Source: Lingula anatina
Taxonomy: Eukaryota; Animalia; Brachiopoda
DNA: 64,000 nucleotides
NCBI GenBank assembly: GCA_051362555.1
Contig: CM120643.1
Span: forward strand, 9,424,001 to 9,488,000
Direction: 5' to 3'
The notes beneath the pieces are model-generated. The model saw only the letters and a list, made by a program, of their open reading frames with translations. It ran no database searches and was not told the DNA's origin. Numbering within the stretch: position 1 is the first letter of the stretch; each line of letters opens with the position of its first letter. Below are positions 38,306 through 47,256 of the stretch, one piece after another. The position numbers and the translations under genes were made by a program.

Positions 38306-41098
38306 TCCCTCCCTGTCTGTCTGTCCGTCTGTCTGTCAAGGAGAACACCACTTATTATGGAGAACACCAGTCTCCATGCTTCTAACCTATAATTTGAATC
38401 AAATGCTATGTACTGTATTTCAGTTGCTGAACCCTAGCACCAGATCCATGTATCTCCCCAAGGTGGCCGAGTTCCTGACCACAGACAACTCTAGAAACTG
38501 GAGGTTCAGAGAAGAGTTGGGACAGTAAGATGATGAACATTTATATTAATCCTCAAATTCAGGAAATTAAGTATTGCGAGGCTTAAATCCAAGGGGCAAA
38601 TTTTCACTCCATCTGCATGTGGAGACCGGTATTAGAAGTACACAGAAATCACACACAGTATTCATTGGTTTGAGTGGTCCTTCATGGATTATATGTGGAT
38701 AGTATAAAAGATTTAGACCACAGCTGTAATAAATAATCTTATAGGCACTGTTAATACTTCTGTCTAATTTGCACTAGTAAAGAATTGAGGGGGCTTATTC
38801 ATGTGCATTATATAGCTCTGTAGATTATTTGATAAATGCTAAAATTGTGTTCCCCTTGCAGACAACTAGTCTCACTGTGTGAGTTGTTCTCCTGTGATGA
38901 GTTGAGCCGGCATATTTTGCCCATTGCTCTCACTCTGGCGGAAGACAGGGTGGCGGAGGTCCGCAGCATAGCACTCAAAGATGTGAGTATTTCCATTGAT
39001 GCCATTGCTTCATATATGACCACCAAATGTTTATTTCTCATATGTTTTATTATGCACTATATGAGCACACGTGTTCAAAGAGTGCATTTAGAACAGCTGA
39101 CTTACAGATCCATGAATCAAATATGGCGACCCATGAAAAAAACTTGCCGCTTAATACCCGATTGGACACTGAATAGATTCCCTGTGGGAATTACGCAACA
39201 AGTATTCAAGTGATCTGTTAATCCGCTGCTTTGAATGTGCTCCCAGACACACAAATCTGGTGTTGCTGTGTTTTGTGTCGAACACTTTGAACATGTGTGC
39301 TTGCACTGTGCATGATAAAATATATGAGAAATAAACTTGTAAATTAGGAAAATGGCAAGTTTTCAGTTCAATTTCACTTTCTGTTTCGGCAAGATATTTC
39401 AAGGCAAAATAACAATTATTTTCAGACTTTGTGAGTTCACTAAACACTAAAACAGTTGGAAATGATTATGTCTAACAGTATCATCAGCTTTGTGATGACT
39501 CCCATCATATATTATAGATATAACAAATGCCTGTGATAAAACGATCACTCTGTTCTCTTCTTGTTGGCTGTAATTTTGAAGAGTTTTTTAAAAGAATTCT
39601 GTCTAATAGTGTCATCAGCCTGTGTTAAAAAATTAATACTCTGTTCTCTTCTAGTTGGCTGCAATTTTGAAGAGTTTTTTAAACGATTCTGTCTAGTAGT
39701 GTCTAGCCATTGTTAAAAACGACTACTCTGTTCTTTTCCAGTTGGCTGTGATTTTGAGGTGTTTTAACGAGAGTGGCGAGGAGAATGTGTCCCAGAGCTT
39801 CTTAGCCACTGCCTTAGACAAGTTTGCTCACAGTGACAAATGGTACAGGAGGCAGACGTGAGTGATCTTAAAATCAAAAATTTTTGATTAAAATGTTCAT
39901 TATCTGGAAATGGTAGAATGTAGAAAATATTTAGAGAGTATTTTTGTTTTGAAAATTGGGCAGACTGAACGGAGGCATTGCATTGGTTATTAAAGCGTGT
40001 TACAATGGTAGTATTTTTTTTTGTCAACAGAATCACTTTTGTGAACATATAAGTATACTAATATTCAATAAGATTACTTGCTCAAAATATTAAAAAATGA
40101 AGAATGTGACTAATGATAATATGATATCAAAACAAACCATGTTTTCTAAAGAAACATAACATTGGTCATATGAGGAAAGGAAAATGTAACAAGATCACGG
40201 TGATAATGACATACTAGTTTCTTTGTATCAAAGCTCTCAGTTCTTATTAAATGTTTCCATCTTTCAGCTATGCACATTTGTGTTACCACATTCTCCAAGA
40301 AAACTCCTGCTCTGCTGAACAGTTTGCCATCAGCTGGATGCCAGCGCTTCTTAGCCTAGCAAAGGATCCAATTCCTAATGTTCGCCTGGCATTGGGAAAA
40401 GCACTGTCGCAGTTTGTGATACCTGTTGGTAAGAATCTCTCCCCCCCCCCTCCCCCCTACCTGATCTCCCCCCTTTCTCCTCCCATGTTAACTTTGAAAA
40501 GTTGTGTCAAATGACAAGCATGTGTATGTGTCACAAAGCCTACTCTGGTTAAATGGTTTTCATAAAACTGCTTGTTTGCTAAATATCAGTTTTAGATATA
40601 CAGATCAACTTTGACTATAGCAGTTGTTAAATCTTTACGGTTGCTTGATTTTCTGCCCCACCCCCCTTGCTAACTTTTTTGCAGTGTATGGCATATATTT
40701 AAGAGTTAAATTCTCCCTCATCCCTGATAAATTATGGCCTATTTAATATAATATAATTATAAACTCATTTTACATTCAAATGGACCAGGTATTATGGTCT
40801 AATTGCTATTTCAGACTATTTCACCAGTTACACCACCCCCCAGTTACACCACTTACTTGATATAATTATTAACTTATTTTACATTAATTGACAAATGGAC
40901 CAGACACTGTGTTTTTAGATAAGGGTAAAATGGAGTCACAAATAAATAATTTTTCTTTCAGACTATTTCACCAGTTACACCAACCCACATCACCAGCTGC
41001 TGCTGGAGACCATCCAAGCCATGAAGGCCGACGCTGACAGAGATGTCCGGGGCTTCGTCTCCATGCCACCACAGACTGAAATTGAACATCTAGACACA
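14984..41098 (+). CDS. PPP4R1: Serine/threonine-protein phosphatase 4 regulatory subunit 1 (HEAT-repeat scaffold); whole spliced gene, 20 coding exons, ~1027 aa, terminal exon uncertain
   Basis: GT-AG exons join in frame: MADIEFYQDD...LLTPLQRLEQY...RQMVARGLLDTL...EPTVRSELMEQVPHIAMFCQEN...VRKTSQAALL...VCAANFGEMC...VWNVRKACAECF...WVRMAAFQALGPFISTFA...FSSFNYWRTPLP...WKVRRTLAFSIHELA...RNWRFREEL...DPIPNVRLALGK...DADRDVR. Colinear with the vertebrate PPP4R1 sequence as recalled. Confidence 0.96.
15077..15121 (+). CDS. PPP4R1: PPP4R1 exon 2
   Basis: tttcag|ACATAG...GACG|gtaagt; DIEFYQDDAEDPLGD. Confidence 0.85.
16284..16389 (+). CDS. PPP4R1: PPP4R1 exon 3
   Basis: GDDILFGGDYEQGQEDLLTPLQRLEQYVNNDNIYTR; cag|...|gtaagc. 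Confidence 0.92.
16383..16623 (+). repeat. 46-bp tandem repeat (5 copies plus partial) spanning the exon 3 splice donor
   Basis: Unit acacaagGTAAGCcatgtagtattgacagtatcaatgcaatgttgt. Confidence 0.95.
16836..20371 (+). mobile_element. Helentron/HINE (DINE-1-like) non-autonomous element carrying internal tandem repeats
   Basis: 5' T-run plus subterminal palindrome atgtacagacac-a-gatgtgtctgtacat, then a (CGTCGC)n microsatellite, repeated gcaggtcaagttcgaaaatcagcat cores and ~335-bp repeats (17640, 17978, 18310, 20166). 3' end has subTIR gtctgtacat, hairpin gacagc-ttt-gctgcc and TT. Confidence 0.7.
18562..20098. mobile_element. Foldback DNA element with ~570-bp inverted arms, nested in the HINE
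   Basis: Left arm 18562-~19132 (caataaagggaaccggagaagatcagc...ttgacgaatttt) is the reverse complement of ~19520-20098 with scattered mismatches. CA...TG termini; no clear TSD. Confidence 0.85.
24764..24818. repeat. (CT)n microsatellite (others at ~24490-24522 and ~38257-38302)
   Basis: Read directly from the sequence. Confidence 0.95.
25509..25615 (+). CDS. PPP4R1: PPP4R1 exon 4
   Basis: RQMVARGLLDTLRQVAETGDDITKLLQIMIQLSEDP; ccag|...|gtaaga. Confidence 0.94.
25783..25995 (+). repeat. Dispersed ~210-bp repeat (copies at ~32433-32643, degenerate at ~27441-27650)
   Basis: Shared cctacaaaattt...agtccaagt(a/g)tgcctaaagc...gtgatgctgg...tttgctgggaaaac. Confidence 0.7.
26032..26180 (+). CDS. PPP4R1: PPP4R1 exon 5
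   Basis: EPTVRSELMEQVPHIAMFCQEN...VVRYLMDTNGQ; ccag|...|gtaggt. Confidence 0.94.
26244..26419 (+). mobile_element. MITE family C (CWG TSD), copy 1
   Basis: CTG TSD; gccccagtttt...aaattggg TIR; homologous to 37036-37212. Confidence 0.75.
27162..27222 (+). CDS. PPP4R1: PPP4R1 exon 6
   Basis: VRKTSQAALLVLLEQELVER; acag|...|gtttgt. Confidence 0.93.
27692..27777 (+). CDS. PPP4R1: PPP4R1 exon 7
   Basis: EDVEEQVCPVILELTGPHSIDEHRTEAVA; gcag|...|gtaagt. Confidence 0.93.
27974..28083 (+). repeat. 55-bp tandem duplication abutting pre-miR-71
   Basis: gtcaccgctgaggaggcat(a/g)ggaga(c/t)ggccac(t/c)atattaaaaa at 27974 and 28029. Confidence 0.9.
28081..28162 (+). ncRNA. mir-71: pre-miR-71 (mature 5p TGAAAGACATGGGTAGTGAGATG, 28094-28116)
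   Basis: Matches the canonical miR-71 mature sequence. The 3' arm cctcactaccgtgtcttttgca pairs with it, and the flanks tgttatttctgtg/catggagatgaca extend the stem. Confidence 0.97.
28576..28659 (+). ncRNA. mir-2: pre-miR-2 copy 1 (mature 3p TATCACAGCCAGTTTTGATGAGC, 28626-28648)
   Basis: miR-2 seed ATCACAG; one substitution from canonical miR-2a; 5' arm tctgggcgtcaatcctggtatgttgtag folds back on it. Confidence 0.93.
29021..29341 (+). repeat. 53-bp tandem repeat, 6 copies, overlapping the 5' arm of pre-miR-2 copy 2
   Basis: Unit aagctggtggctccacctggctgttggtgcacatgatgactgtggtttggtct; degenerate precursor copy at ~28953. Confidence 0.95.
29327..29395 (+). ncRNA. mir-2: pre-miR-2 copy 2 (mature 3p TATCACAGCCTGCTTGGATCAGA, 29369-29391)
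   Basis: miR-2 variant of the type recalled from lophotrochozoans; 5' arm gtggtttggtctaagtggcagtggtatg pairs with the 3' arm over 15 contiguous basal pairs. Confidence 0.93.
29807..29891 (+). ncRNA. mir-2: pre-miR-2 copy 3 (mature TATCACAGCCTGCTTTGATGAGC, 29857-29879)
   Basis: 5' arm gtgttgtgtggctggtcaaagtggttgtgacagg pairs with the mature arm plus gctgcacacaacac. Confidence 0.95.
30147..30230 (+). ncRNA. mir-2: pre-miR-2 copy 4 (mature TATCACAGCCTGCTTTGATGAGC, 30196-30218)
   Basis: Mature identical to copy 3; 5' arm cagccctcagagcttcctgtgttatg. Confidence 0.9.
30565..31555 (+). mobile_element. Non-autonomous Kolobok-type DNA transposon (991 bp) with a remnant first coding exon
   Basis: TTAA TSD (30561-30564 and 31556-31559) and 12-bp TIR AGACAGTCTCAG/CTGAGACTGTCT. 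Internal exon 30865-31076 reads MAQTRVK...RDR*RSTQTVYVGREVGRWRTLKAELGLTYEAMAKLLLD|gtgagt, resembling N-termini of Kolobok-associated proteins. Confidence 0.8.
31815..31894 (+). ncRNA. mir-2: pre-miR-2 copy 5 (mature TATCACAGCCTGCTTTGATGAGC, 31862-31884)
   Basis: Mature identical to copies 3 and 4; 5' arm catagccattggaggggttgtgatgtg. Confidence 0.92.
32219..32323 (+). CDS. PPP4R1: PPP4R1 exon 8
   Basis: LMSKMTPLVGSDMAERLFLPRFVVLCTDPLFHIRK; ctag|...|gtaaga. Confidence 0.93.
32855..32920 (+). CDS. PPP4R1: PPP4R1 exon 9
   Basis: VCAANFGEMCSVVGTAATEKHL; tcag|...|gtatgt. Confidence 0.93.
33944..34102 (+). CDS. PPP4R1: PPP4R1 exon 10
   Basis: LPKFHYLCEDGVWNVRKACAECF...LLCDQSRW; acag|...|gtaagt. 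Confidence 0.94.
34523..34650 (+). CDS. PPP4R1: PPP4R1 exon 11
   Basis: VRMAAFQALGPFISTFADPSITGLYF...; ccag|...|gtgaga. Confidence 0.92.
34869..35815 (+). CDS. PPP4R1: PPP4R1 exon 12 (large acidic, disordered linker)
   Basis: Lies within ORF 34849..35961 and contains the conserved FSSFNYWRTPLP motif. A same-phase alternative donor is possible after 35824. Confidence 0.9.
36871..37001 (+). CDS. PPP4R1: PPP4R1 exon 13
   Basis: DVNSPSGMYGG...NTITKLQ; ccag|...|gtaagt; phases fit both neighbours. Confidence 0.85.
37036..37212 (+). mobile_element. MITE family C (CWG TSD), copy 2
   Basis: CAG TSD; gccccattttcacaaaaaact/agtttttttgtgaaactggggc TIR. Confidence 0.8.
37503..37688 (+). CDS. PPP4R1: PPP4R1 exon 14
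   Basis: DVIPQILLDNYLSMTD...HCAYSFPAVAYTLGREHW...NIQ. Confidence 0.94.
37965..38126 (+). CDS. PPP4R1: PPP4R1 exon 15
   Basis: WKVRRTLAFSIHELA...DLDEVRVGVLTHLADFLK. Confidence 0.95.
38424..38524 (+). CDS. PPP4R1: PPP4R1 exon 16
   Basis: LLNPSTRSMYLPKVAEFLTTDNSRNWRFREELG. Confidence 0.94.
38862..38982 (+). CDS. PPP4R1: PPP4R1 exon 17
   Basis: QLVSLCELFS...LAEDRVAEVRSIALKD; gcag|...|gtgagt. Confidence 0.93.
39080..39242. mobile_element. Degenerate family B MITE
   Basis: gagtgcattt...gaatgtgctc ends; shares acagatcc/tcaaatatggcg with 3144-3347. Confidence 0.55.
39470..39770 (+). repeat. ~87-91-bp tandem repeat (3 copies) spanning the exon 18 acceptor
   Basis: ctctgttct(c/t)ttc..(t/a)g|ttggctg..attttga repeated at ~39548, ~39639 and ~39726. 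Confidence 0.85.
39742..39857 (+). CDS. PPP4R1: PPP4R1 exon 18
   Basis: LAVILRCFNESGEE...FAHSDKWYRRQT; ccag|...|gtgagt. Confidence 0.9.
40268..40428 (+). CDS. PPP4R1: PPP4R1 exon 19
   Basis: YAHLCYHILQE...LAKDPIPNVRLALGKALSQ. Confidence 0.93.
40962..41098 (+). CDS. PPP4R1: PPP4R1 exon 20 (3' boundary uncertain; a short terminal exon may start at 42447)
   Basis: DYFTSYTNPHHQLLLETIQAMKADADRDVRGFVS...; donor-like gtaggt at 41099; candidate acceptor cacag| at 42446. Confidence 0.82.
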
Positions 41099-44000
41099 GT
41101 AGGTCATTGTGTTCTGTACTTTGAAATAGAACTTCCCTATTTTAATAGATTTTCCATCCATAGTAAATGAGATCATGTCAGCAGAGTAGCTGATTTAGGA
41201 GTTGTCATGCAAAACGGTCCACTTCGTTATGGAAACTATGGAAATTTATTTCAATATTTTCTTGGAATTCATCCTGTAAATGATGAGGATTCTATACATT
41301 TGTAAAATGTTAAGTACCATTTTTTTTAAGTACCAGACAAAAGCAGCAAGGTGAAGGTTTAAGTATAAATAGGCAAATTATTTGGGAATGTAGCACTTGA
41401 TGATTGATGATTACTAGCAACTTAGTAGGTGGAAGTCATTCTTACTGTCATTCCCATAAAAATAAGACACATGCAAAGGAATAAGACACATGCAAAGTCT
41501 TGACACATGAAAATTGAAGTGATTTTTTTTAACTAAAGTAAAAAAAAAACATTTCATTAAACAAACACATCAGAGCAATACAACTTTAACTAATCCAATT
41601 AATTGATTCCCCTTCATAAGAAAAAAGAAAAAAAATATGTGCCAAGAACTTCTGATATGATATCATACATCCTGAATTATTTTGCACTATTCAGGACCAG
41701 GAACATAAATTGCTACAAATTAAAAATATTTTAAATATTTATATCCAATATCAGCATTTCAGTAAGATCTTATGTTCATTTAAAGTTTGCATTCATGATT
41801 ATCTTCTATAAAATGAAATAGAAAAAAGCTACTTGTAATAAAAAAGTTAATCAAAAAGCAAAAGCTTAAATCGCCTTTTAATGAAGCTCCAGTAAATTGC
41901 TGTGCTTTCTAATGAGGGATCTTCTCGTTACTTCATGGCTGACATAAACTTTATCTGTCAGTTTATTGGTGTCCTCCAACTGTACATAGACATAGTTGTT
42001 TAAGGTAGATAAACATGAAAAATATATTGCAGTCTGTTGGGCAGTAAGTTGGTCTTCTTCACAAACCTTTTTTTCCAGTTCTTGCATTATTCACTTTATT
42101 TTCTTTGCCACATTTCCTGGCTGCTCTTTCTGACCAGTCTCCAAACATCTTCCAGCTAAAATAATAAGGGAATTTTATTATCCATTCTGTTTAATGGTTA
42201 ATTTTCAATCAACAAAACTTACTTTGAAACCCCATTTTACAACAAAACTTCATTTCAAATATATATGTATACCTTTACCTAGCAAAAAGGGGGTTTCTTT
42301 GAACCCCTCAACCCCCCCCCCCCCCCCCCCCCCCCTGGCTACAGGCCTGAAAATAGAGGCCCATTAAAAGTCAAATCTACCAAAAAATTAATGATCCGTT
42401 CTTATTTTACTGGTATTTTAATATTGAATTAGTGTTAACGTCACAGACTGGAGAGATGTCTGAAGCATTGTTTATGATAGAATGCAGTTATACTTTTAGG
42501 TCCCAGTATGAAACTGCAGCATCTCCCAGGGCCAAGCACACCACTTCCCAGGCAAATCAAACAAAGAGAATACCTATCCAATGAAGGCCTGATGGCAGGT
42601 GCCATGGATATTGGCTGATTAAGAAAATTAATCAAAGCAAATGAGATTTTAGAGGCAAAGGGACAGCAGTTAGATTTCTTGCCTTATTTAACAATTAATT
42701 CCTCAAATATCTGACGTGAATGGGCCTGAAAGGCAAAGGAGAGAAGATAATATAACTGACAGACGAAATTGAGCTGTGATTGAGTGTAGCACCACGTGCT
42801 GTGGCAAGTCCCCCGAGTCCGGCCACTGTTTGGTACCCCAACACTGTGGCTCATTCCGACTCACCAAGTGGGGCAATAAATGGTTATCGGTTGTTTACAT
42901 CAGTATGATTTTATTATTAAATCTGAATGTGTGGATCTGAGGCTAATGGAGATAACATTACTGCAATTTGAAACATGAAATTTCTGCCAGTACACAAATG
43001 ACATTCTGTGAGATATAGATATTTATGCTCAGGTTATTCTAAGTTGTGAGGTATTATGGATGAAAGAGGGGGATGGTCATATTATGGATAAAAGGGAGAA
43101 AAAAGTGTATTAATGTCAATGGCAATGTAATTGTTTGTATGTGTGATAGTAGATATGTTACATGAAATAAGTAATCAACTATTAGTAATCATTGCACCAG
43201 GTAAGGTGTTTTTATTTTGATTGATCAAGTTGTATTAAACGAGCTGTAAATTCTAAAACAATGCAAGGAGTTTTGTACCACCAGATTATAGTTGGAAGGT
43301 ACACTAAATTTGGTACGTTCTCGTCGACCTCTTTTACTGCAGGTTGTATTACATACTGTATCAGCAGGGGGTATTTACCGTAAGGAGCCAGTCGAATCCC
43401 TCTCTGGTCCCACTCACTTTTGCTGTTATTGAATCAAGTCAATTACAATCCCCAGAAATTGGAGTGGTTAGAAATGGTTTTCTCTTGGGCTTTTTAGGTA
43501 AGACATAAATAAATTAAGAAGTCACAATATGCCTTAGTTTAAGGGGTCCCATAGACTCTGAAGCTTTTTTTTTTCTTTTTTTTTTCTCCTCTAGTTCTTG
43601 GTTGATGACTGACTACCCACATCCTGGAGTAAATCTTAAAGGTGTTTTGGATTTGTAGTGGTAGTTTCACTGATGAAAGTTTGACGTCACTGAAGGTGTT
43701 AACCAGATTTTCTTAGTTCAGAACTGGGGTGTTTGTTGCAAATGAAAAGTTTATATTTAAGGTCTTTGTCTTTCAGTTTGTTGTTTTCTTACAATTGAGT
43801 TTACTATGGAGAATGACTTTTATGGTATAACAGACATGCTATGCTGGTGGTGCGTAATCAGGAGGCGACCCCTGCCTCTCTGAATTATATATTATTATCT
43901 AATTGTTATATTTGGAACTGACAAAGGAAGGCGCTGATTTGATTTTATGTTAGTCATTACTCTTGTTATTATAATTGCATTATCACAGTATACTTATGCT

Positions 44001-47000
44001 TTTAATCAATTTCTTAAGAGTCGCTTGGATTGAGACAGATAGAAGTCCTCAGTTTAGCAAATACCCTGTAATATATGTCCTAGTATAGTTAGTAAAACAT
44101 GAAGAAGTCTGGGCATAAGTTCTGTGGGTGAACAGAGTGATTTCAGTTGTTTTTTTTTCCTTTGAAAAACTTTAATTATTTAGACATTGACGGAGGACAT
44201 AAGTTAAGAACTGAAGAAAAATGGGGATTCCAAAATATTGATGGTTTTTAATGTGAATTTTTGGCCATCTGGATTTTCTGTGTGAAAAATAAAATAACAG
44301 ATTACGAAGTAATTGTTATAAAATTTTGCTCTGTGTAACTACAAGAAAACTGGAATATGTGCTGTTGTGTTATTGAAGGGACCATTCGTTGGATTTTTAT
44401 GTACAATTTTTATTTTATTTTATTATTATGATTATTTTATTTATTTATTTATTTATTTATTTATTTTGAGAGGGTGGGGAATGCACAGAATATAACTGAG
44501 CTATAGCTGGATGAAAAGAAACCTGGAATTAAAGGGTTATATCTGTTGGAATTTGTCACCTTTTAAAGCAATAGTCATTAAGTACTAGAATAAATCCCTT
44601 TTGGAACTTGTCTCAATCCAAATGGTTCTTTTGGCAACTGGATGCTCAGAATACTCACAAATGAACATGTTTTGATGAACTGTTCATGGAACCATTAATA
44701 ATATATACCATCATCATAATGTGAATAAAAGAAATATTTTCCTGTCAGTACGGCAACATTTATAATTATGTTATTAAATTTAATGTGGTCTCAGCTTTTG
44801 GTATAGATAAGAAATGGAGTGAAGCAGGACCCTTTCTCTCCATATATTACAAAATAAATGATATAGTATGTCATGTGACAGTGGTATTAATCTTACAGGA
44901 GTCCCTTCTTACCACATTTAACTAAAACAATATAAGTGTAATTTAAGATGCATGCTATTCATAGTGGTGATCACTGAAATTGCAGAAATTGATGTCTGCA
45001 GCCACGAGCTAGACCTATAAAAAACTTATACTAAGGAAAATTGTAGCATAGCCCATACTTGTTATTTCAGTGTATTGAAATATATTTTGCTGTACTATAT
45101 TATCGTAGAAAGGGGGGGGGGGGGGGGGTGATTGGACCAATTTTTTCAGGTATTCTCAAGATCAATATGAAAAGAGTAAATAATAGATGTGTTAGTTTCC
45201 TTGCCAAATGTTGGTGGTTGTCTTTGTCCAAGCAAACTTCTCGTCTTAATTGTGAACTAAGGCTGAGCCTATCTGACAGTGACTGCTCCCTCAATGAGAT
45301 TTGTTGAGCTTCATTTTATTTTATTTTTTAAATTTCCAGTATTAATTAAAATAATGCAATGCAACCCAAATGCATAATGTGTTTGTAGGTCACACAAGGT
45401 ATACTATTGTACCACCAGCTTACAGCCAATTATCTGGGGTAAATTATCTGGATTCGCGGGACACTTGCCATGGTTGTGTTACTGAACTTGGTTGTTATTG
45501 ACCAAATTATTGTTCACTTCACGATGGTATGGGGTTTTATTTCCTGTTTTGAAGAATGATTGCTGTTCTCTTGGAATTGATCGAAGATCTAAGGAAGTAA
45601 TATGTAGGTAGTTGAAGGACTACTTTATATAGTGACCTTTTTTCTCAAAATCAAAATTTGGAAAGATGCATCATAATGTGAAAAAACCTTGTAATCACTA
45701 CTGTACAGCAATTTTAATCAAATTACTATGATAATCTCATATTCATAGAGATTATATCTTTTCCTTCAAGTTTTCAAAGTTGTTTCGTTTCCCAATCAGA
45801 AATGGCCTTTTTAATGCTGCCCCATTTTGAGGACATAGGTGGCTGGTGGTACATACTCAGGTGACCTTGCCTCATTGAACTCTTAGTTTTCCTTTTGGTT
45901 TGGTCAGTGTAGTAATTATGAAAAGGCTTGTTACAGCAGCAGTGTTAAGTAAAAGTTCTTCAGATTGGTCTTGTTGCAATGTAATTGGAAGATATTTGGT
46001 GCAGATGAGGATGACTCTGTATGTAAGAGGTGATTGGTAGGGAAGTCCAATGTTAACTTTCATCACAACGATTGATTTTAAAAAAATAAAGATCCAGTTG
46101 TTAGAAAATGTGGTTCCTGTGAATTTTATTTTCCATGACCAAGTTTTTTATCTGTGTGTGAAAATATAGCCATAAATGAGTTGAATAGGACCCTTTATTC
46201 GACCTGTTCAAAAAAATTTAAAGTCTTCTTTTAGACCACCGTTAATGACATTGCCAGTTTATCCACCAAAACTGGTTTTCATTGCCAACCTCAAGCACTT
46301 CATCTCCCTGTATTTTTTCTCAACCCATGAACTTTCTTAACAGATCATTTTCTTGGACAAATGTGTGTAGCTTCACAGCTCTTATATTATAATAATGGCA
46401 GGAAAACTTTATTTTTTAAATAAAGATATCAGTTGGGAGCTTGTAACCCAGACGGTTGTTGTCTTTATGCCAGTGCATATGAAAGCTGAATAGAGAAAAT
46501 TGAAGAAAGTTGTTAATAATTTGACTATTTCATCAGTCTTTCATTTCAACACTGACAAATCGTTATAACATCATTATCATTTTTACTACTTTTTACAAAA
46601 AAGATTCAACTGTTTAGTTAGCACAGTATATATTTTCAATTCTTTACTTTTGTTGTCTTTTTCTTCTCATAAAAAGCCTATGATATATAACAACATAAAA
46701 TCTTGGTGACAGGGTCATGCATTGTATATTTTATTTCCTGTTCTCTTTTATCATGTGTATATACTACTGTCACAAACACTAAAATTTACGATAACACAAA
46801 AATCATAACTGATCACAGATTCCGAAATGAACAATAAATATTATACTATGAAATATTTAAAAAGAATAATGACAGAAATACAATATTTCCATATTAAAAA
46901 TCACTTTCAAACTACAAACATCACTTTGCACATTGTCAAGTTTCCAATAAATATTCTAATGACAACTCCTAACACAAAATGATCACAACAAGGACAATAA

Positions 47001-47052
47001 CTGGCACACTGTGCATATGCTTTAAGCTACAAAGGAGATTACAACAGTCTTA

Positions 47053-47256
47053 GAGCGCATTCCCAGAGATTTATCTAACTAGATCAACCTTACTCCCTGG
47101 GGGTTCATGCTAAATTGCTGTCAGCCAACCGCGCATGGAAGTTTATTACCCCCTTACAGCTTTTAGTAGAAGGACAGACAAGCCGGCTAAGCTGCCAGTA
47201 ATCTAGTGAGACTCCCCACGGGGATAGATCGATCTAAAAACTGTGGGAATGGGGAC
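47053..47256 (-). mobile_element. MITE family A, copy 3 (inverted; in the presumed ABHD4 3' UTR)
   Basis: TTA TSD; reverse complement of copies 1 and 2. Confidence 0.8.

Noticed and set aside
42780-42900. SINE-core-like fragment (gactcaccaagtggggcaataaatggttatc)
   Set aside because: Too short and degenerate; no A/B boxes or tail to support a call.
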